From assembly GCA_905182585.1 (NCBI GenBank), contig CAJJCC010000014.1, positions 6,090-70,089 on the forward strand: a stretch of DNA of 64,000 nucleotides, in the 5' to 3' direction. The notes below the pieces were generated by a model. It was not told the origin of the DNA. It ran no database searches and saw nothing but the letters and a program-made list of their open reading frames with translations. Origin of the DNA: an uncultured Flavobacteriales bacterium. Its GTDB lineage: Bacteria > Bacteroidota > Bacteroidia > Flavobacteriales_C > GCA-002722245. Position numbers and translations under genes: made by a program. Numbering within the stretch: position 1 is the first letter of the stretch; every line of letters starts with the position of its first letter. This document shows, in pieces, positions 28,131 to 38,893 of this stretch.

Positions 28131-30836
28131 TTATTTCTTCTCCTCTTGCTTAAGTGCCTCTTCCGCAGGAATTTCTTCAAAAGCAGGAAGTTCTGTATCT
28201 AACAACCCGTTCTCAGTATATAAATTTTTAATCCCTTGATTTACCTCAGCTTCAACCACCTTTATAATCAAGGCAATCAAACGTTCTTCATGCCCCAATA
28301 GTTCCTTGTGCTTTTCTTCCAATAATTTAAGGTCGTAAGGCTTTCCTCTCGACGATTCCTTTTTATCCTTAATATCTCTTCGGATATCCAAAATGCGCTC
28401 AATATTTCTGTTTCTTAACGAGTGTAATGCTAATCCAGCAGCACCTCTAACATCTTTATTGTTTTCATAAATAGCTTCCTCTTCCAACGCCTCACAACCT
28501 TTCCAAACTACCTCATTTCCTTTCTTCAATAAGTACGTTGCGTATTTTCCGATAACGTACTTTTTATTGCGAGCCTCAACTTGTTTTAAAGCCCAATTGT
28601 ACCATTTACGCTTACTTTCATCTCTTACATCAGCATATATTCTAGCTAAGGTTGTAATTACTCTAGCATCCGTTAAATTCTCTAATTGATAAGCTCTTAG
28701 TAATGCATCCTCCCTAGCAATATCCGAAAGCAACTCTAATCCTAAAAGTTTAACATTTACAGAAGAATCCTTTAAAGCCTTTTTGTAAAGTGGAATCAAT
28801 GTGCTGTCTTCGGACCACGAAGAACCTAGCGAGTTTAAACAAGCCAAACGAACGTGCGCACTTAAATCATTTCTAAACACATGTAATAATTTCTCTTTAT
28901 GCTGCTCCGTTTTACCTTCATCAATTCGATTCCATAAATAATAACTAATCTTTCTAAAATGCTCAAAAGTATCTTTACTTGCCTTATTTAATAATTCCCA
29001 GGCAGTAACCGATGTATCTCTGTTAATCGCTAATAAAGCTTCCAGCTTTGTGCCGTAGTTCTTCCCGTTTTGAAAAAGCACCAACGCCGACTCTGGTGAT
29101 ATACCTTGATTAACTTTAGCTAACAACACCTTTTCAGCATCAAAATTAATCGCTTCAGGATCACCTAAACCTTTAAACAAGAAAGTTTCTTCACGCTTAG
29201 AAATAAAGATTTCTTTACGTTTTGGTTTACCTCCTGCGTAAATATCGATGCTTACAGGAAACTCAAAAGTTGGAAAACTCGCTGATTGATCTTGTTTAAC
29301 TGTGATTAATAACGAATCTGATTTTGACTCATAGCGAACATCCAAAACAGGATGTCCTTTGTTTAAAAACCATTGATTAAAAAACACATTCAAATCCATT
29401 CCCGTAACCTCTTCAAAAGCTAACCTTAATTGATGAATTTCAACCGAATTAAATTCGTTTGTATGGAGATACAATTTCAATGATTCAAAGAACGCTTCAT
29501 CTCCAACTAAGTTTCTTAACATATGCAATATTCGCCCACCTTTTTCATAAGTATGGCGATCAAACATATCTTCCTTATCGTTGTAATGAAATCGAATTAA
29601 ATCAACTCTAGGCGTATCAGCAAAGTAGTTTAACATGTCAATCCTTAAATGACGATCTGCCTTGACTTTTCCGTATTTATGCTCAATCCATAAGTACTCA
29701 CCATAAGTTGCGAAACTCTCATTTAACGGTAAATTGCTCCATGATTCACACGTTACTAAATCTCCAAACCAATGGTGAAATAATTCATGCGCAACAACAT
29801 CTTCATGATTTTCATCTACTTGTTGTTCAGGAGTAGTAAACACCCATTTACCATGAATAACAGCTCCCGTATTTTCCATTGCCCCCGAAACATAATCCGA
29901 AACAACAATCTGATTGTATTTATCCCATGGGTAATCGTATCCTAAAACATCCGAATAAAAGGTTAACATTTCTGGTGTATTTCCAAAAACACCTCTTGCG
30001 TAAGCGCTATCCTTTGGTGGCACTAAATAGTTTACTGCAATCCCTCTCCAACTATCTTTTATCACAGCAAATTCACCAACAGCCATCATAAATAAATATG
30101 GCGCATGTCGTTTTGATTGCTTCCAGTAATCAGTTCTAGTACCATTCGCGTTAATTTTACGGCTTATTAATAATCCATTGGAAAGTGTGCTATACTTAGG
30201 ATCTACCGTAATTTTAATTTCTTGGGTCGTCTTTTCGTTTGGAGCATCAATAGTTGGGAACCAAACCGATGCAGCTTCTGTTTCTCCTTGTGTCCAAATT
30301 TGTTGAGGTTTAAATTGATCTCTTCCAAGCGGATTGATGAAATACAACCCTTTATCATCATTAATGGCTTTGCTTCCATTTCCTGCCAACTCATTTGGTT
30401 TTGAAATGTATTCTACCTGAACTCTGAACGTATCTGTTCTTGCGTATTTTATCGGAAGTTTTATTTGGATTTGAAGAGAATCATATTCAAATTTTAAAGA
30501 TTGAAATTGGTCAGCGGTATCTAACATACCAACCGACTTAATCATCATTCCTTTTGCGTCTAACGTCAACGTATTTGTGCTATAAAAATACGGTCTTAAG
30601 GTTAAAATCGCTTTTCCTTCTAACTCTTGTCTTTCCCAAACTGGCGTAACATCTAAGCTTGTGTGCAACAAGTCGAATATTCTTTTTTCGGATGCTTGGT
30701 AAGTGTATTTGTTTTCGCTTGTTAAATTAGATTCAACTTTAACGAGTTTTACTTCTTCATTAGCCTCTTTTACTAAAGACTGACATGAATAGATTATTAA
30801 GGCTAATAAAGGGAATAAAACAATCGTTTTCTTCAT
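28131..30836 (-). CDS. M1-family zinc aminopeptidase (aminopeptidase N-like) with C-terminal HEAT-like repeat region
   Basis: 901 aa. Lipoprotein-like signal (..IYSC), 'GAMENTG' exopeptidase motif, and 'HELFHHWFGD...E' zinc site. Confidence 0.88.
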   Translation of the reverse strand: MKKTIVLFPLLALIIYSCQSLVKEANEEVKLVKVESNLTSENKYTYQASEKRIFDLLHTSLDVTPVWERQELEGKAILTLRPYFYSTNTLTLDAKGMMIKSVGMLDTADQFQSLKFEYDSLQIQIKLPIKYARTDTFRVQVEYISKPNELAGNGSKAINDDKGLYFINPLGRDQFKPQQIWTQGETEAASVWFPTIDAPNEKTTQEIKITVDPKYSTLSNGLLISRKINANGTRTDYWKQSKRHAPYLFMMAVGEFAVIKDSWRGIAVNYLVPPKDSAYARGVFGNTPEMLTFYSDVLGYDYPWDKYNQIVVSDYVSGAMENTGAVIHGKWVFTTPEQQVDENHEDVVAHELFHHWFGDLVTCESWSNLPLNESFATYGEYLWIEHKYGKVKADRHLRIDMLNYFADTPRVDLIRFHYNDKEDMFDRHTYEKGGRILHMLRNLVGDEAFFESLKLYLHTNEFNSVEIHQLRLAFEEVTGMDLNVFFNQWFLNKGHPVLDVRYESKSDSLLITVKQDQSASFPTFEFPVSIDIYAGGKPKRKEIFISKREETFLFKGLGDPEAINFDAEKVLLAKVNQGISPESALVLFQNGKNYGTKLEALLAINRDTSVTAWELLNKASKDTFEHFRKISYYLWNRIDEGKTEQHKEKLLHVFRNDLSAHVRLACLNSLGSSWSEDSTLIPLYKKALKDSSVNVKLLGLELLSDIAREDALLRAYQLENLTDARVITTLARIYADVRDESKRKWYNWALKQVEARNKKYVIGKYATYLLKKGNEVVWKGCEALEEEAIYENNKDVRGAAGLALHSLRNRNIERILDIRRDIKDKKESSRGKPYDLKLLEEKHKELLGHEERLIALIIKVVEAEVNQGIKNLYTENGLLDTELPAFEEIPAEEALKQEEKK

Positions 30837-30903
30837 GCCTCAAAGGTACTGTTTGCTTTTCTTCTAACCAACTGTATTCATAGCATTTCTTGACTGAAAG
30901 TCC

Positions 30904-31395
30904 TTAGTACTTGCCTTTTGATAATTCTTTAATAATTACATGATAATCAGGGTGCTTTTCCAATAATTCTGGAGTAGTGTGTAATTTGAAATCATTAAAA
31001 TCAAAGCCTGGAGAAACCATACAACCTACTAACGAATATTTACCGTTACTTTTAGATCCAAAAATAGACCCAGCTGGAACGATTGCTTGGAGCACTTCTC
31101 CTTTATCCGGATTTGGTCCAATTTTCAATTCCTGAAGTTTACCCTCTAAACCAATTACAAAAACCGATAAAGCTTCACCTGCATGATAATACCACATTTC
31201 ATCCGATTTGATGCTGTGGAAATTAGACACATTTTGTTCCTCTAACAAAAAGTAAATACTCGTTGCATAATTTCTTTTCCCATCAAAATTGATTGGTTCA
31301 AATGAAGTGGATGATCTGTAAACTTCTTTGTAAAAACCACCTTCGGGATGTGGAAGTAAATTTAGGTTTTCAACCCAGTATTTTGCACTTTTCAT
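30904..31395 (-). CDS. cupin domain protein (DUF985 family)
   Basis: 163 aa. 'L.PHPEGGFYKEVYRS' N-terminus typical of DUF985 cupins. Confidence 0.7.
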   Translation of the reverse strand: MKSAKYWVENLNLLPHPEGGFYKEVYRSSTSFEPINFDGKRNYATSIYFLLEEQNVSNFHSIKSDEMWYYHAGEALSVFVIGLEGKLQELKIGPNPDKGEVLQAIVPAGSIFGSKSNGKYSLVGCMVSPGFDFNDFKLHTTPELLEKHPDYHVIIKELSKGKY

Positions 31396-31626
31396 GATTT
31401 TATAAATTATTCAGAGCTAAACCTAATTGTGTTATGCTGTAAAATAAAAACGGGGTTTTGATAGATGATGTCTTCGACTCCGCTAACACAAACAAACTAG
31501 TTCACTCACTGATTTATCCCAACTGTCACTCTGACCGGAGTCAAAGAGATATCCATTACTTCATCGAAATCATCAAAAAAAACAATATTCATTTGATCAA
31601 AAACAATAAATACTTAACCAATAAGG

Positions 31627-32319
31627 TTAAAGCGAGAACTCACCGATACGCTCTCGTCTCAAAGCCGAAAGATGCGCTCCGTTATCCAACAACTTCCCAA
31701 AATCAGAAGCCATGGAACGAATATAAGTTCCTTTGCTGCAAACAATTGTAAAATGAACTTTTGGAAATTCAGAAGTATCAATATCAAACTTAGAAACAGA
31801 AACCTGACGTGGTTTTACTTTCACCTCTTCCCCTTTACGAGCACTTTCGTAAGCTCTTTTCCCGTCTATTTTCACAGCACTAAAAATAGGAGGATATTGT
31901 TCTATTTCCCCCGTAAGTTTTAAAGCCGCATCCTGAAGTTCTTCTTCTGTAATATGTTCTGTTGGAAAAATTTGATCTATCTCTTCTTCTAAATCGAAAG
32001 AAGCCGTTGTGCCACCAACTGTAATTGTTCCTGTGTATTCTTTTTCTTTACCTTGATAAGTGTCGATCTCTTTGGTTTTTTTCCCAACGCAAATAATTAA
32101 AAGACCAGTTGCCAAAGGATCTAATGTTCCTGCATGACCAACTTTTATCTTTTTAATCTTAAACGTTTTTCGTATAACCCATCGAAGCTTGTTTACAACC
32201 TGAAATGAGGTCCAATCTAATGGTTTATCAACCAAAAAAACAGCACCTGTTTTTAATTCTTCTTCGTTGTATTCCTCAAATTTTTTTTCGGAAATTACAT
32301 TAAAAGGCAGCATATCCAA
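31627..32319 (-). CDS. truB: tRNA pseudouridine(55) synthase
   Basis: 230 aa. 'VDKPLDWTSFQVVNKLR' and 'KVGHAGTLDPLATGLLIICVGK', which contains the catalytic Asp motif. Confidence 0.93.
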   Translation of the reverse strand: MDMLPFNVISEKKFEEYNEEELKTGAVFLVDKPLDWTSFQVVNKLRWVIRKTFKIKKIKVGHAGTLDPLATGLLIICVGKKTKEIDTYQGKEKEYTGTITVGGTTASFDLEEEIDQIFPTEHITEEELQDAALKLTGEIEQYPPIFSAVKIDGKRAYESARKGEEVKVKPRQVSVSKFDIDTSEFPKVHFTIVCSKGTYIRSMASDFGKLLDNGAHLSALRRERIGEFSL

Positions 32320-33091
32320 TTGCGATTATTCCTACAGCGAAACAGTAGTATGAAAAATATTTTAATTGACTCTTTTTAACCAGCGAGATCATCCAAGTAC
32401 AAGCAATAAGTCCTGTTACGAAAGCAGCAAAAAAGCCAGCTCCCATAGCGATAGATTCTTCTGATTTAATCACTAATTCTCCACTTAAAACATCTTTGGC
32501 AATTTTTCCGAAAATTAAAGGAACTACCATTAAAAAAGAAAACTTAGCCGCTTTTGTTCTGTCTATCCCTAACATTACCGAAGTTCCTATTGTAGCTCCA
32601 CTTCTAGAGATACCTGGTAAGATCGCTATTGCTTGAGATATTCCAATAATTACAGCTTCTGGTAACCCAACACTCTTCATTGTATTTTTAGATTTATCCG
32701 CTAAAAACAATAAAACACCTGTTACTAAAAGCATCAAGCCCACAAGTAGTACATTCCCAGTAAAAAAAGTGTCGATTTCTTCCTCAAATACTAAACCGAT
32801 AATTACCGCCGGAATCATAGAAACGACAATATTTAAAGAGAACTTAAATTCATCGTTCCATTTAAACTGCAATAAACCTTTAATGATTTCTAATAATTCT
32901 TTTCGGAAAATAACAATTGTACTTAAAGCCGTAGCAGCATGTAAAACAATTGTTAATAACATATTGTTTTCTCCTGGAACATTAGCATTAAGAACCTCCT
33001 TTGCCAATTCAATATGACCACTACTGCTTACTGGTAAAAACTCAGTTAAGCCTTGAATTATTCCAATTATAATTGCATCAATAATTTCCAT
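32300..33091 (-). CDS. uppP: undecaprenyl-diphosphate phosphatase
   Basis: 263 aa. 'GIIQGLTEFLPVSSSGH' and 'PGISRSGATI' are BacA/UppP motifs. Confidence 0.93.
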   Translation of the reverse strand: MEIIDAIIIGIIQGLTEFLPVSSSGHIELAKEVLNANVPGENNMLLTIVLHAATALSTIVIFRKELLEIIKGLLQFKWNDEFKFSLNIVVSMIPAVIIGLVFEEEIDTFFTGNVLLVGLMLLVTGVLLFLADKSKNTMKSVGLPEAVIIGISQAIAILPGISRSGATIGTSVMLGIDRTKAAKFSFLMVVPLIFGKIAKDVLSGELVIKSEESIAMGAGFFAAFVTGLIACTWMISLVKKSQLKYFSYYCFAVGIIAIGYAAF

Positions 33092-33366
33092 TAATCCTCA
33101 ATTACATCCGTTGAAACAGTTGTATCTTCGTCCGATTTAGATTTAAGCATAATCCCAAAACCAACCACGGCGAAACCAATTAACACCGTAAACGGTGCCA
33201 GAGTAATTCTTCTGTGACTAAATATTTCATCAGGGTTAAATGCATTAGGATCTTCCGATTTACCACCTGCCATTAACATAAACCCAATGATCACAATAGC
33301 AAAACCAATCGCCATCATCACATAATTTTTCTTTTCGAAAACGAAATTTGAATTGTTATCACTCAT
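33091..33366 (-). CDS. DUF3098-like small membrane protein
   Basis: 91 aa with two TM segments. Occupies the conserved position between ftsX and uppP seen in Bacteroidota. Confidence 0.6.
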   Translation of the reverse strand: MSDNNSNFVFEKKNYVMMAIGFAIVIIGFMLMAGGKSEDPNAFNPDEIFSHRRITLAPFTVLIGFAVVGFGIMLKSKSDEDTTVSTDVIED

Positions 33367-33367
33367 A

Positions 33368-34255
33368 TTAATAATATAATTTCTCTGTTTTTAATCTTAA
33401 AAAGCGTCCAACTGCAAATTGAGTTGCAAACCATGAAATCCCAATCGCAATAATCAGCATTATACCATAAAGTAACAAATCCATTGTTACATTTTGTAGT
33501 TCATCCTGAAACGCAGGCCAAAAGTCGTAAATAATTTTCAAAGTTCCAGCTAAAGCAAAAACTGCTATTATTCCGCTTAAAAAGCCTAGTACTATACCAT
33601 TCCAAAAAAAAGGCTTCCGTATAAACCAATTACTAGCGCCTACTAACTGCATCGTTTTAATAATAAATCGTTGAGAGTAAACTCGTAATCGTATCGTGTT
33701 TGATATTAATCCTATGGCAATAATTAATAATAAACCACTTACGGTTAATAAGGCTAAGCTGATCTTGTTGATGTTTTCGTACACCATAAATAATAAATCT
33801 CTTGGATACCTTAAATCGTCCACAATAGGATTTTCTTGCAATTCATTTCTTAATCCTGCAATACTATCCGGATGATTAAAATCAGCTTCGAAATAAACAT
33901 CAATATTTTGAGGCAATGGGTTAGCGCCTAAATTCATCGTGAAGTTTTCTTTTGGGTCAACTTCAGCTAAATATTCTTTTAAAGCGTCCTCTTTATCTTT
34001 CCAAACGGTCTTTTTTACAAAATCTTCTGAATCCAACTCTTTTTTAAGTTGCATTATCTCGATGTCCTTAACACCTTCCTTTAGGTAAATTTCAAAAGCA
34101 AACTTCTCTTTAAAAGAATCCCCTAATACCTTACCCTTCATTAATACAAGGCCTAACAACCCAACAACATAAATTACCATAGCAATACTAATTGCCGTAG
34201 AAATATAAGATGTAGTAGTTCGCCAGTTTGAATATTTCCCTTCGCCAGTTGACAT
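33368..34255 (-). CDS. ftsX: cell division protein FtsX (permease-like)
   Basis: 295 aa. One N-terminal TM segment, a periplasmic domain, and a C-terminal 3-TM FtsX domain ('MQLVGASNWFIRKPF'). Confidence 0.8.
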   Translation of the reverse strand: MSTGEGKYSNWRTTTSYISTAISIAMVIYVVGLLGLVLMKGKVLGDSFKEKFAFEIYLKEGVKDIEIMQLKKELDSEDFVKKTVWKDKEDALKEYLAEVDPKENFTMNLGANPLPQNIDVYFEADFNHPDSIAGLRNELQENPIVDDLRYPRDLLFMVYENINKISLALLTVSGLLLIIAIGLISNTIRLRVYSQRFIIKTMQLVGASNWFIRKPFFWNGIVLGFLSGIIAVFALAGTLKIIYDFWPAFQDELQNVTMDLLLYGIMLIIAIGISWFATQFAVGRFLRLKTEKLYY

Positions 34256-34418
34256 ATTTGTAAAAATATATAAATCTACTCTTTCAAAAATTAAATTCTA
34301 TCTAAGAAACGTTAAAACATTATTGTTGAAAACCCTTTAATTATAGCTTATATAGATTCATTTTAAAATATGATTTAAATCATATTTAGTCGCAACCTGA
34401 CAATACTATGACAAAGCA

Positions 34419-35684
34419 GTGGACCTCTTTAGGGAAATTTACAGAGTAAGCATCACTGTGAAAGAATTAAAGGTAATAGCGTTCACTCATAAGACTACTG
34501 ATATATCGAATATCGGTAAGTTGCACATTGATGCAGCTAATAGAAAGGAGCGTCTATCAAGGCTAAAAGACCTTGGTATTTCTGAATTAATGTATCTCTC
34601 AACTTGTAACCGAGTTGAGTTTATATTTGTACATGATGAAGAATTGAGTGCAAGTTTTAATTATTCTTTTTTTTCTGTTTTCAATCCTGATTGGGATGAT
34701 TCGGACATCAAATGGGCATTAGAAAACTGTACAATGTTTGAAGGAGAAGAAGCCGTTAAACATACTTTTCAAATTGCTTCTTCCTTAGATTCTTTAGTTG
34801 TTGGAGAAAGAGAGATCATAACTCAAGTGCGGAAATCATTTGATGAATGTTCCAAACTTGAACTCACTGGACCAATTATTCGATTACTAATTAACAAAAC
34901 AATCGAATCAGCTAAAGAAATTTACACCAAAACCAACATTGCAAGAAATCCTATTTCCATCGTTTCATTAGCTTATCGAAAGCTAAGAGAAGTTGGAATT
35001 AAAGACAATTCGCGAATTTTAGTTATTGGAGCTGGAGAAACAAACACAAACATGTGCAGATTCTTAAGTAAACATGGATTAAAAAATCTCACACTTTTTA
35101 ACAGAACATTATCAAAAGCAGAATTTTTAACCAATCACATTGGTGGAAGAGCTTTAAGTTTGGATCAACTTTCAACTTTTAACGAAGGATTTGATTTACT
35201 TGTAACCTGTACTGGAAGTGAAGATCATATTGTTACTCCGGAAATTTACAAAAATTTATTAGGAAAAGAAACGAATAAAAAAACAATTATTGATATTGCT
35301 ATACCTTACGACATTCATCCAGAAGTAGTCGAAAAAAACAACGTTAATTACATTGAGATTAAAGCTTTAAAAGAAGTTTCCGAATCGAATCTTAAAAAGA
35401 GAGAAGAAGAACTTACTGCTTGTCAAGCATTAATTGAAGAACAAATCATTGCGTTTAAATTGGCGTTTAAAGAGCGTAAAGTTGAATTAGCAATGCAGGC
35501 CGTTCCTCAAAAAATTAAGGAAATCAAAGAATTGGCAATGAACGAAGTTTTCATAAAAGAAATGGATGCTATGACTGTTGAAAACAAAGAAGTTCTTGAT
35601 AAAATGCTCGCTTACATAGAAAAAAAGTACATCTCTGTACCGATGAAAATGGCGAAAGAAATTCTTTTAGAAAAGGAAGCCTAA
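34419..35684 (+). CDS. hemA: glutamyl-tRNA reductase
   Basis: 'LSTCNRVEF' active-site Cys motif, 'SLVVGEREIITQVR', and NADPH fold 'ILVIGAGETN'. The ORF-track start is a GTG. An alternative GTG at 34458 (VKELKVIAFTHK) may be the true start. Confidence 0.88.
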   Translation: MDLFREIYRVSITVKELKVIAFTHKTTDISNIGKLHIDAANRKERLSRLKDLGISELMYLSTCNRVEFIFVHDEELSASFNYSFFSVFNPDWDDSDIKWALENCTMFEGEEAVKHTFQIASSLDSLVVGEREIITQVRKSFDECSKLELTGPIIRLLINKTIESAKEIYTKTNIARNPISIVSLAYRKLREVGIKDNSRILVIGAGETNTNMCRFLSKHGLKNLTLFNRTLSKAEFLTNHIGGRALSLDQLSTFNEGFDLLVTCTGSEDHIVTPEIYKNLLGKETNKKTIIDIAIPYDIHPEVVEKNNVNYIEIKALKEVSESNLKKREEELTACQALIEEQIIAFKLAFKERKVELAMQAVPQKIKEIKELAMNEVFIKEMDAMTVENKEVLDKMLAYIEKKYISVPMKMAKEILLEKEA

Positions 35685-35786
35685 ATAACGATTAACTTCG
35701 AGTATTAAAACAACACTTATAAGCTTACGTATTTAAACTGCTGAAAAATCGAACAAAGTACAACTGCGCATGTTTAGCAGATAACA

Positions 35787-38417
35787 CTAAAACTGGTCGA
35801 AATCCACATTCTGTGATGTGTTTTGGAAGTTAGCCTTACGTTTAGCACAATCGAATTCTTCGTTTTTCAACGATTCGGGCTTGATGAATTCTCCTTGGGA
35901 TATTTTTAGTTTTGGGTTTTTGTAAATACTATTCATATAATATCCCCAAATAGGTAGCGCCATATTAGTACCCATTCCTAATCTTAATGAAAGGAAATGA
36001 GCTGCTCGGTCTTCACAACCTGTCCAAACTCCTGTAACTAAATCGGGAGTCATACCCATAAACCATCCGTCACTTTGCATTTGAGTAGTTCCTGTTTTTC
36101 CTGATATTTTAACAGAGTATGGAATATTAGCATATGGACGATTGGGAGATCTTAACCGAACTCCTGTCCCATAAGTTGCTTTCCCCCCTACTTTTGGCCC
36201 ATAAGCAGCAACACCACTTAATAACTCGATCATTCGGTAAGCATTTTCTTCCGTCATTGCTTCACGCCTTTCTGGAACTGGTCGCCAAATTACAGATCCG
36301 TTTTTATCTTCGATTCTAGTTATAAACTGAGGTTCTATTCTAATCCCTTTATTTACAAAAACACAATAAGCAGATACCATGTCGTAAAGTGATACATCAG
36401 GTGTGCCTAAACAAATTGAAGGGACAGGGTCGATGGGAGTTGAGATCCCACATCTTCGAGCAACATTAATTACTGCTTCAGGCCCGAAATTCTTCATGAT
36501 TCGAGCCGTAATAGAGTTCACTGAATTAGCCAACGCCATTTTTAACGTTAAAGATTGCCCGTCTAAATTTGATTCACCTCCTGCATTTTTAGGTTTCCAA
36601 GGCTCTTCTAATCCATATAACCCTGCTGGAAATGTCACTTCTTCATTTAGGTATTCCTCACAAGGGGTTACTCCGTTTTCAATAGCAGTTGCGTAAACAA
36701 ATGGTTTAAATGTTGATCCAACCTGACGAGTTGCTCTTACGTGATCGTACTGGAAATATTTATAGTTTATTCCTCCTACCCAAGCACGGATAAAACCCGT
36801 ATGAGGATCAATAGATAATAAACCTGATCGTAAATACCATTTATGATGAATAACAGAATCCCTAGGGCTCATTAAAGTATCTCGTTCTCCGTCCCAAGTG
36901 AAAACTTTCATTCTGATTTTATCATCAAACTTGGCCATCATTATACGATCAAATGGTTCCCATAGTTTTAAATAGGCAGATCTCTTTTCGGAAAGTTCAC
37001 CTTTAAAAGATTTAATATTCTTTTTATTAGAGTTAATACTGTCTTGAAAAACTTCGATTTCATCCCTAACTCGATCTTTTTCCCTTAAAATTGATCTAGC
37101 ATTCGTCGTGTCTTTGTTTAAACGATTCAATTCTTGCTGAACCAAATATCGTTTATCATCAAAAACTTTAACTTTTTTTACCCAGCGTTGATTTTTATAA
37201 GAAGCGCGGTTATAGGCGTAAGTAACTTTTTTAAGAGCTGGTCTTGCACCTAATCCTTTTTTATACCTACTAGATGTTCTGATTCCTCTTTTAATTAAAC
37301 CTTCAACAGCCTTCGCTTTTTCAGCAGCTGTGTAATCTTCAAAATAAAACGGAGCGTACTTTTTTAATCCTCTTGATTTAGATTTCCAATGCTTAAAAAA
37401 TGCAGGTTGTAATTCTTTACCTAAATGAGTTTTAACAGCATTTTCAGCATACTTTTGCATATCGTAATTAATACTAGTGTAAATTTTTAATCCATCCTGG
37501 TAAATACTGTATTTCTGGCCATCGGGTTTTCTTAAGGTCTTGAAAATCTTCTTTAATTTCTTTCGTACTTCTTCTCTGAAATAAGTAGCTACGCCGCTTC
37601 TGTGAGAAGCTCTTGTAAACTCTAAACCAAGTGGTAATAATCTTAAACTATCATATTCTACTTTTGTGATTTTTTCATTTTTAAGCATTTGGAAAAACAC
37701 CACATTTCGTCTAAAAAGAGTCGTATCGGGTCTTCTCATAGGATTAAATAATGCTGGATTTTTTGCCATTCCGACAAACATCGCTGCTTCTTCGATTTTT
37801 AAATCTTCAGGCTGTGTATTGAAATAAACATTAGAAGCCGATTTAACCCCAGCTGCGTTATTTACAAAGTCCAACGTGTTAAAATACATCGTGACAATTT
37901 CTTCCTTAGTGTATTGCTTTTCTAATTGAACCGCAACAACCCACTCTTTTAGTTTTTGCTTAGCACGCTCAACCTTATTTTTAACCACCTGCTCTGTAAA
38001 TAGCATTTTTGCTAACTGTTGTGTAATGGTAGAACCACCACCAGATTTACCCCCTTTTATGATAGCTCTCGCTAATGATTTTCCATCAATTCCACTATGA
38101 TCAAAAAAACGTTCGTCTTCGGTAGCGACCAAAGCATCTATTAAATGGTGAGATAATTCTGAATACTGAGCCAGAGATCGGTTTTCTTTGAAAATTGTAC
38201 CTAGTTGTTTTCCGTCGGAAGATAAAAGTTGAGTTGCCAGCGATGTACTAGGGTTTTCTAATTGCTCAAACGAAGGTAATTTACCCATCAAGTTGTCGTT
38301 AGCAATTCCGTTGAATATATAGTAAACGATTCCAAAACCTAAAGTAAAAAGCACCCAAAAAGTAATTACAAACTTTTTATAAGATGGTTTAAGTTTTTGT
38401 TGAGCTTCTTCGATCAT
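35787..38417 (-). CDS. mrcA: class A penicillin-binding protein (PBP1A; transglycosylase/transpeptidase)
   Basis: 876 aa. GT51 motifs 'EDERFFDHSGID' and 'GGSTITQQLAK'. Transpeptidase motifs STFK, SVN and KTGT. Confidence 0.9.
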   Translation of the reverse strand: MIEEAQQKLKPSYKKFVITFWVLFTLGFGIVYYIFNGIANDNLMGKLPSFEQLENPSTSLATQLLSSDGKQLGTIFKENRSLAQYSELSHHLIDALVATEDERFFDHSGIDGKSLARAIIKGGKSGGGSTITQQLAKMLFTEQVVKNKVERAKQKLKEWVVAVQLEKQYTKEEIVTMYFNTLDFVNNAAGVKSASNVYFNTQPEDLKIEEAAMFVGMAKNPALFNPMRRPDTTLFRRNVVFFQMLKNEKITKVEYDSLRLLPLGLEFTRASHRSGVATYFREEVRKKLKKIFKTLRKPDGQKYSIYQDGLKIYTSINYDMQKYAENAVKTHLGKELQPAFFKHWKSKSRGLKKYAPFYFEDYTAAEKAKAVEGLIKRGIRTSSRYKKGLGARPALKKVTYAYNRASYKNQRWVKKVKVFDDKRYLVQQELNRLNKDTTNARSILREKDRVRDEIEVFQDSINSNKKNIKSFKGELSEKRSAYLKLWEPFDRIMMAKFDDKIRMKVFTWDGERDTLMSPRDSVIHHKWYLRSGLLSIDPHTGFIRAWVGGINYKYFQYDHVRATRQVGSTFKPFVYATAIENGVTPCEEYLNEEVTFPAGLYGLEEPWKPKNAGGESNLDGQSLTLKMALANSVNSITARIMKNFGPEAVINVARRCGISTPIDPVPSICLGTPDVSLYDMVSAYCVFVNKGIRIEPQFITRIEDKNGSVIWRPVPERREAMTEENAYRMIELLSGVAAYGPKVGGKATYGTGVRLRSPNRPYANIPYSVKISGKTGTTQMQSDGWFMGMTPDLVTGVWTGCEDRAAHFLSLRLGMGTNMALPIWGYYMNSIYKNPKLKISQGEFIKPESLKNEEFDCAKRKANFQNTSQNVDFDQF

Positions 38418-38893
38418 TAGTTTTCGTGTTTTTCAATACGAGTTCCGATAGAAACAATTTCACCTAGAAACTCATCACGCATACCATGCTGAATTTTAAC
38501 ACTATACCTCCCCTTAGGAGGGTTTTGGATTGCGTATTTATAATATTTCACAGACTCCTTTATGTTTGATCCATCAACGTTTTCATTCCAAAAACCTTCA
38601 GCTGTCATTAAAGCATGATTTAATGTATCTCTTATAGGTGTTTCCTTGTTGGGTAATTTAATCTCAACAAAAAGCCATAAATTTCGATACTTATAATCAA
38701 CCGTATTTCGAACAGTAACCCCAATTTTTAATACTTCAGGAAGATCAAGTAAAGAGTCTGACTCAAAACTCAAAATAGAATCTTTGTGCCAAACATGATC
38801 TTTAATATCTACATCTTCACCATAAATCATAGTGTTATCACAACTTGTTAGCGAAATAACTCCTATTAGTATGAAAAAAAAGCATTGCTTCAT
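38417..38893 (-). CDS. gldH: gliding motility lipoprotein GldH
   Basis: 158-aa lipoprotein (..LTSC). Size, 'W.KD....F' and 'YKYRNLWLFV' patterns, and the conserved PSP1-gldH-PBP1A neighbourhood all match. Confidence 0.75.
   Translation of the reverse strand: MKQCFFFILIGVISLTSCDNTMIYGEDVDIKDHVWHKDSILSFESDSLLDLPEVLKIGVTVRNTVDYKYRNLWLFVEIKLPNKETPIRDTLNHALMTAEGFWNENVDGSNIKESVKYYKYAIQNPPKGRYSVKIQHGMRDEFLGEIVSIGTRIEKHEN

Noticed and set aside
30894-30903. GAAAGTCC string reminiscent of the RNase P RNA P4 helix
   Set aside because: The flanks do not match GAGGAAAGUCCGGGC, and the site abuts the stop codon of the cupin gene.
31476-31542. GACTCCG...CGGAGTC inverted repeat (10 of 11 matches when extended) with a 53-nt spacer between truB and the cupin gene
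   Set aside because: The loop is too long for a terminator. There is no promoter or terminator context and no similarity to an RNA family that I recognise.
31458-31751. 97-aa plus-strand ORF
   Set aside because: Its 3' part overlaps truB on the opposite strand. Composition is low-complexity, with no motif and no plausible start context. It is probably a chance ORF in AT-rich DNA.
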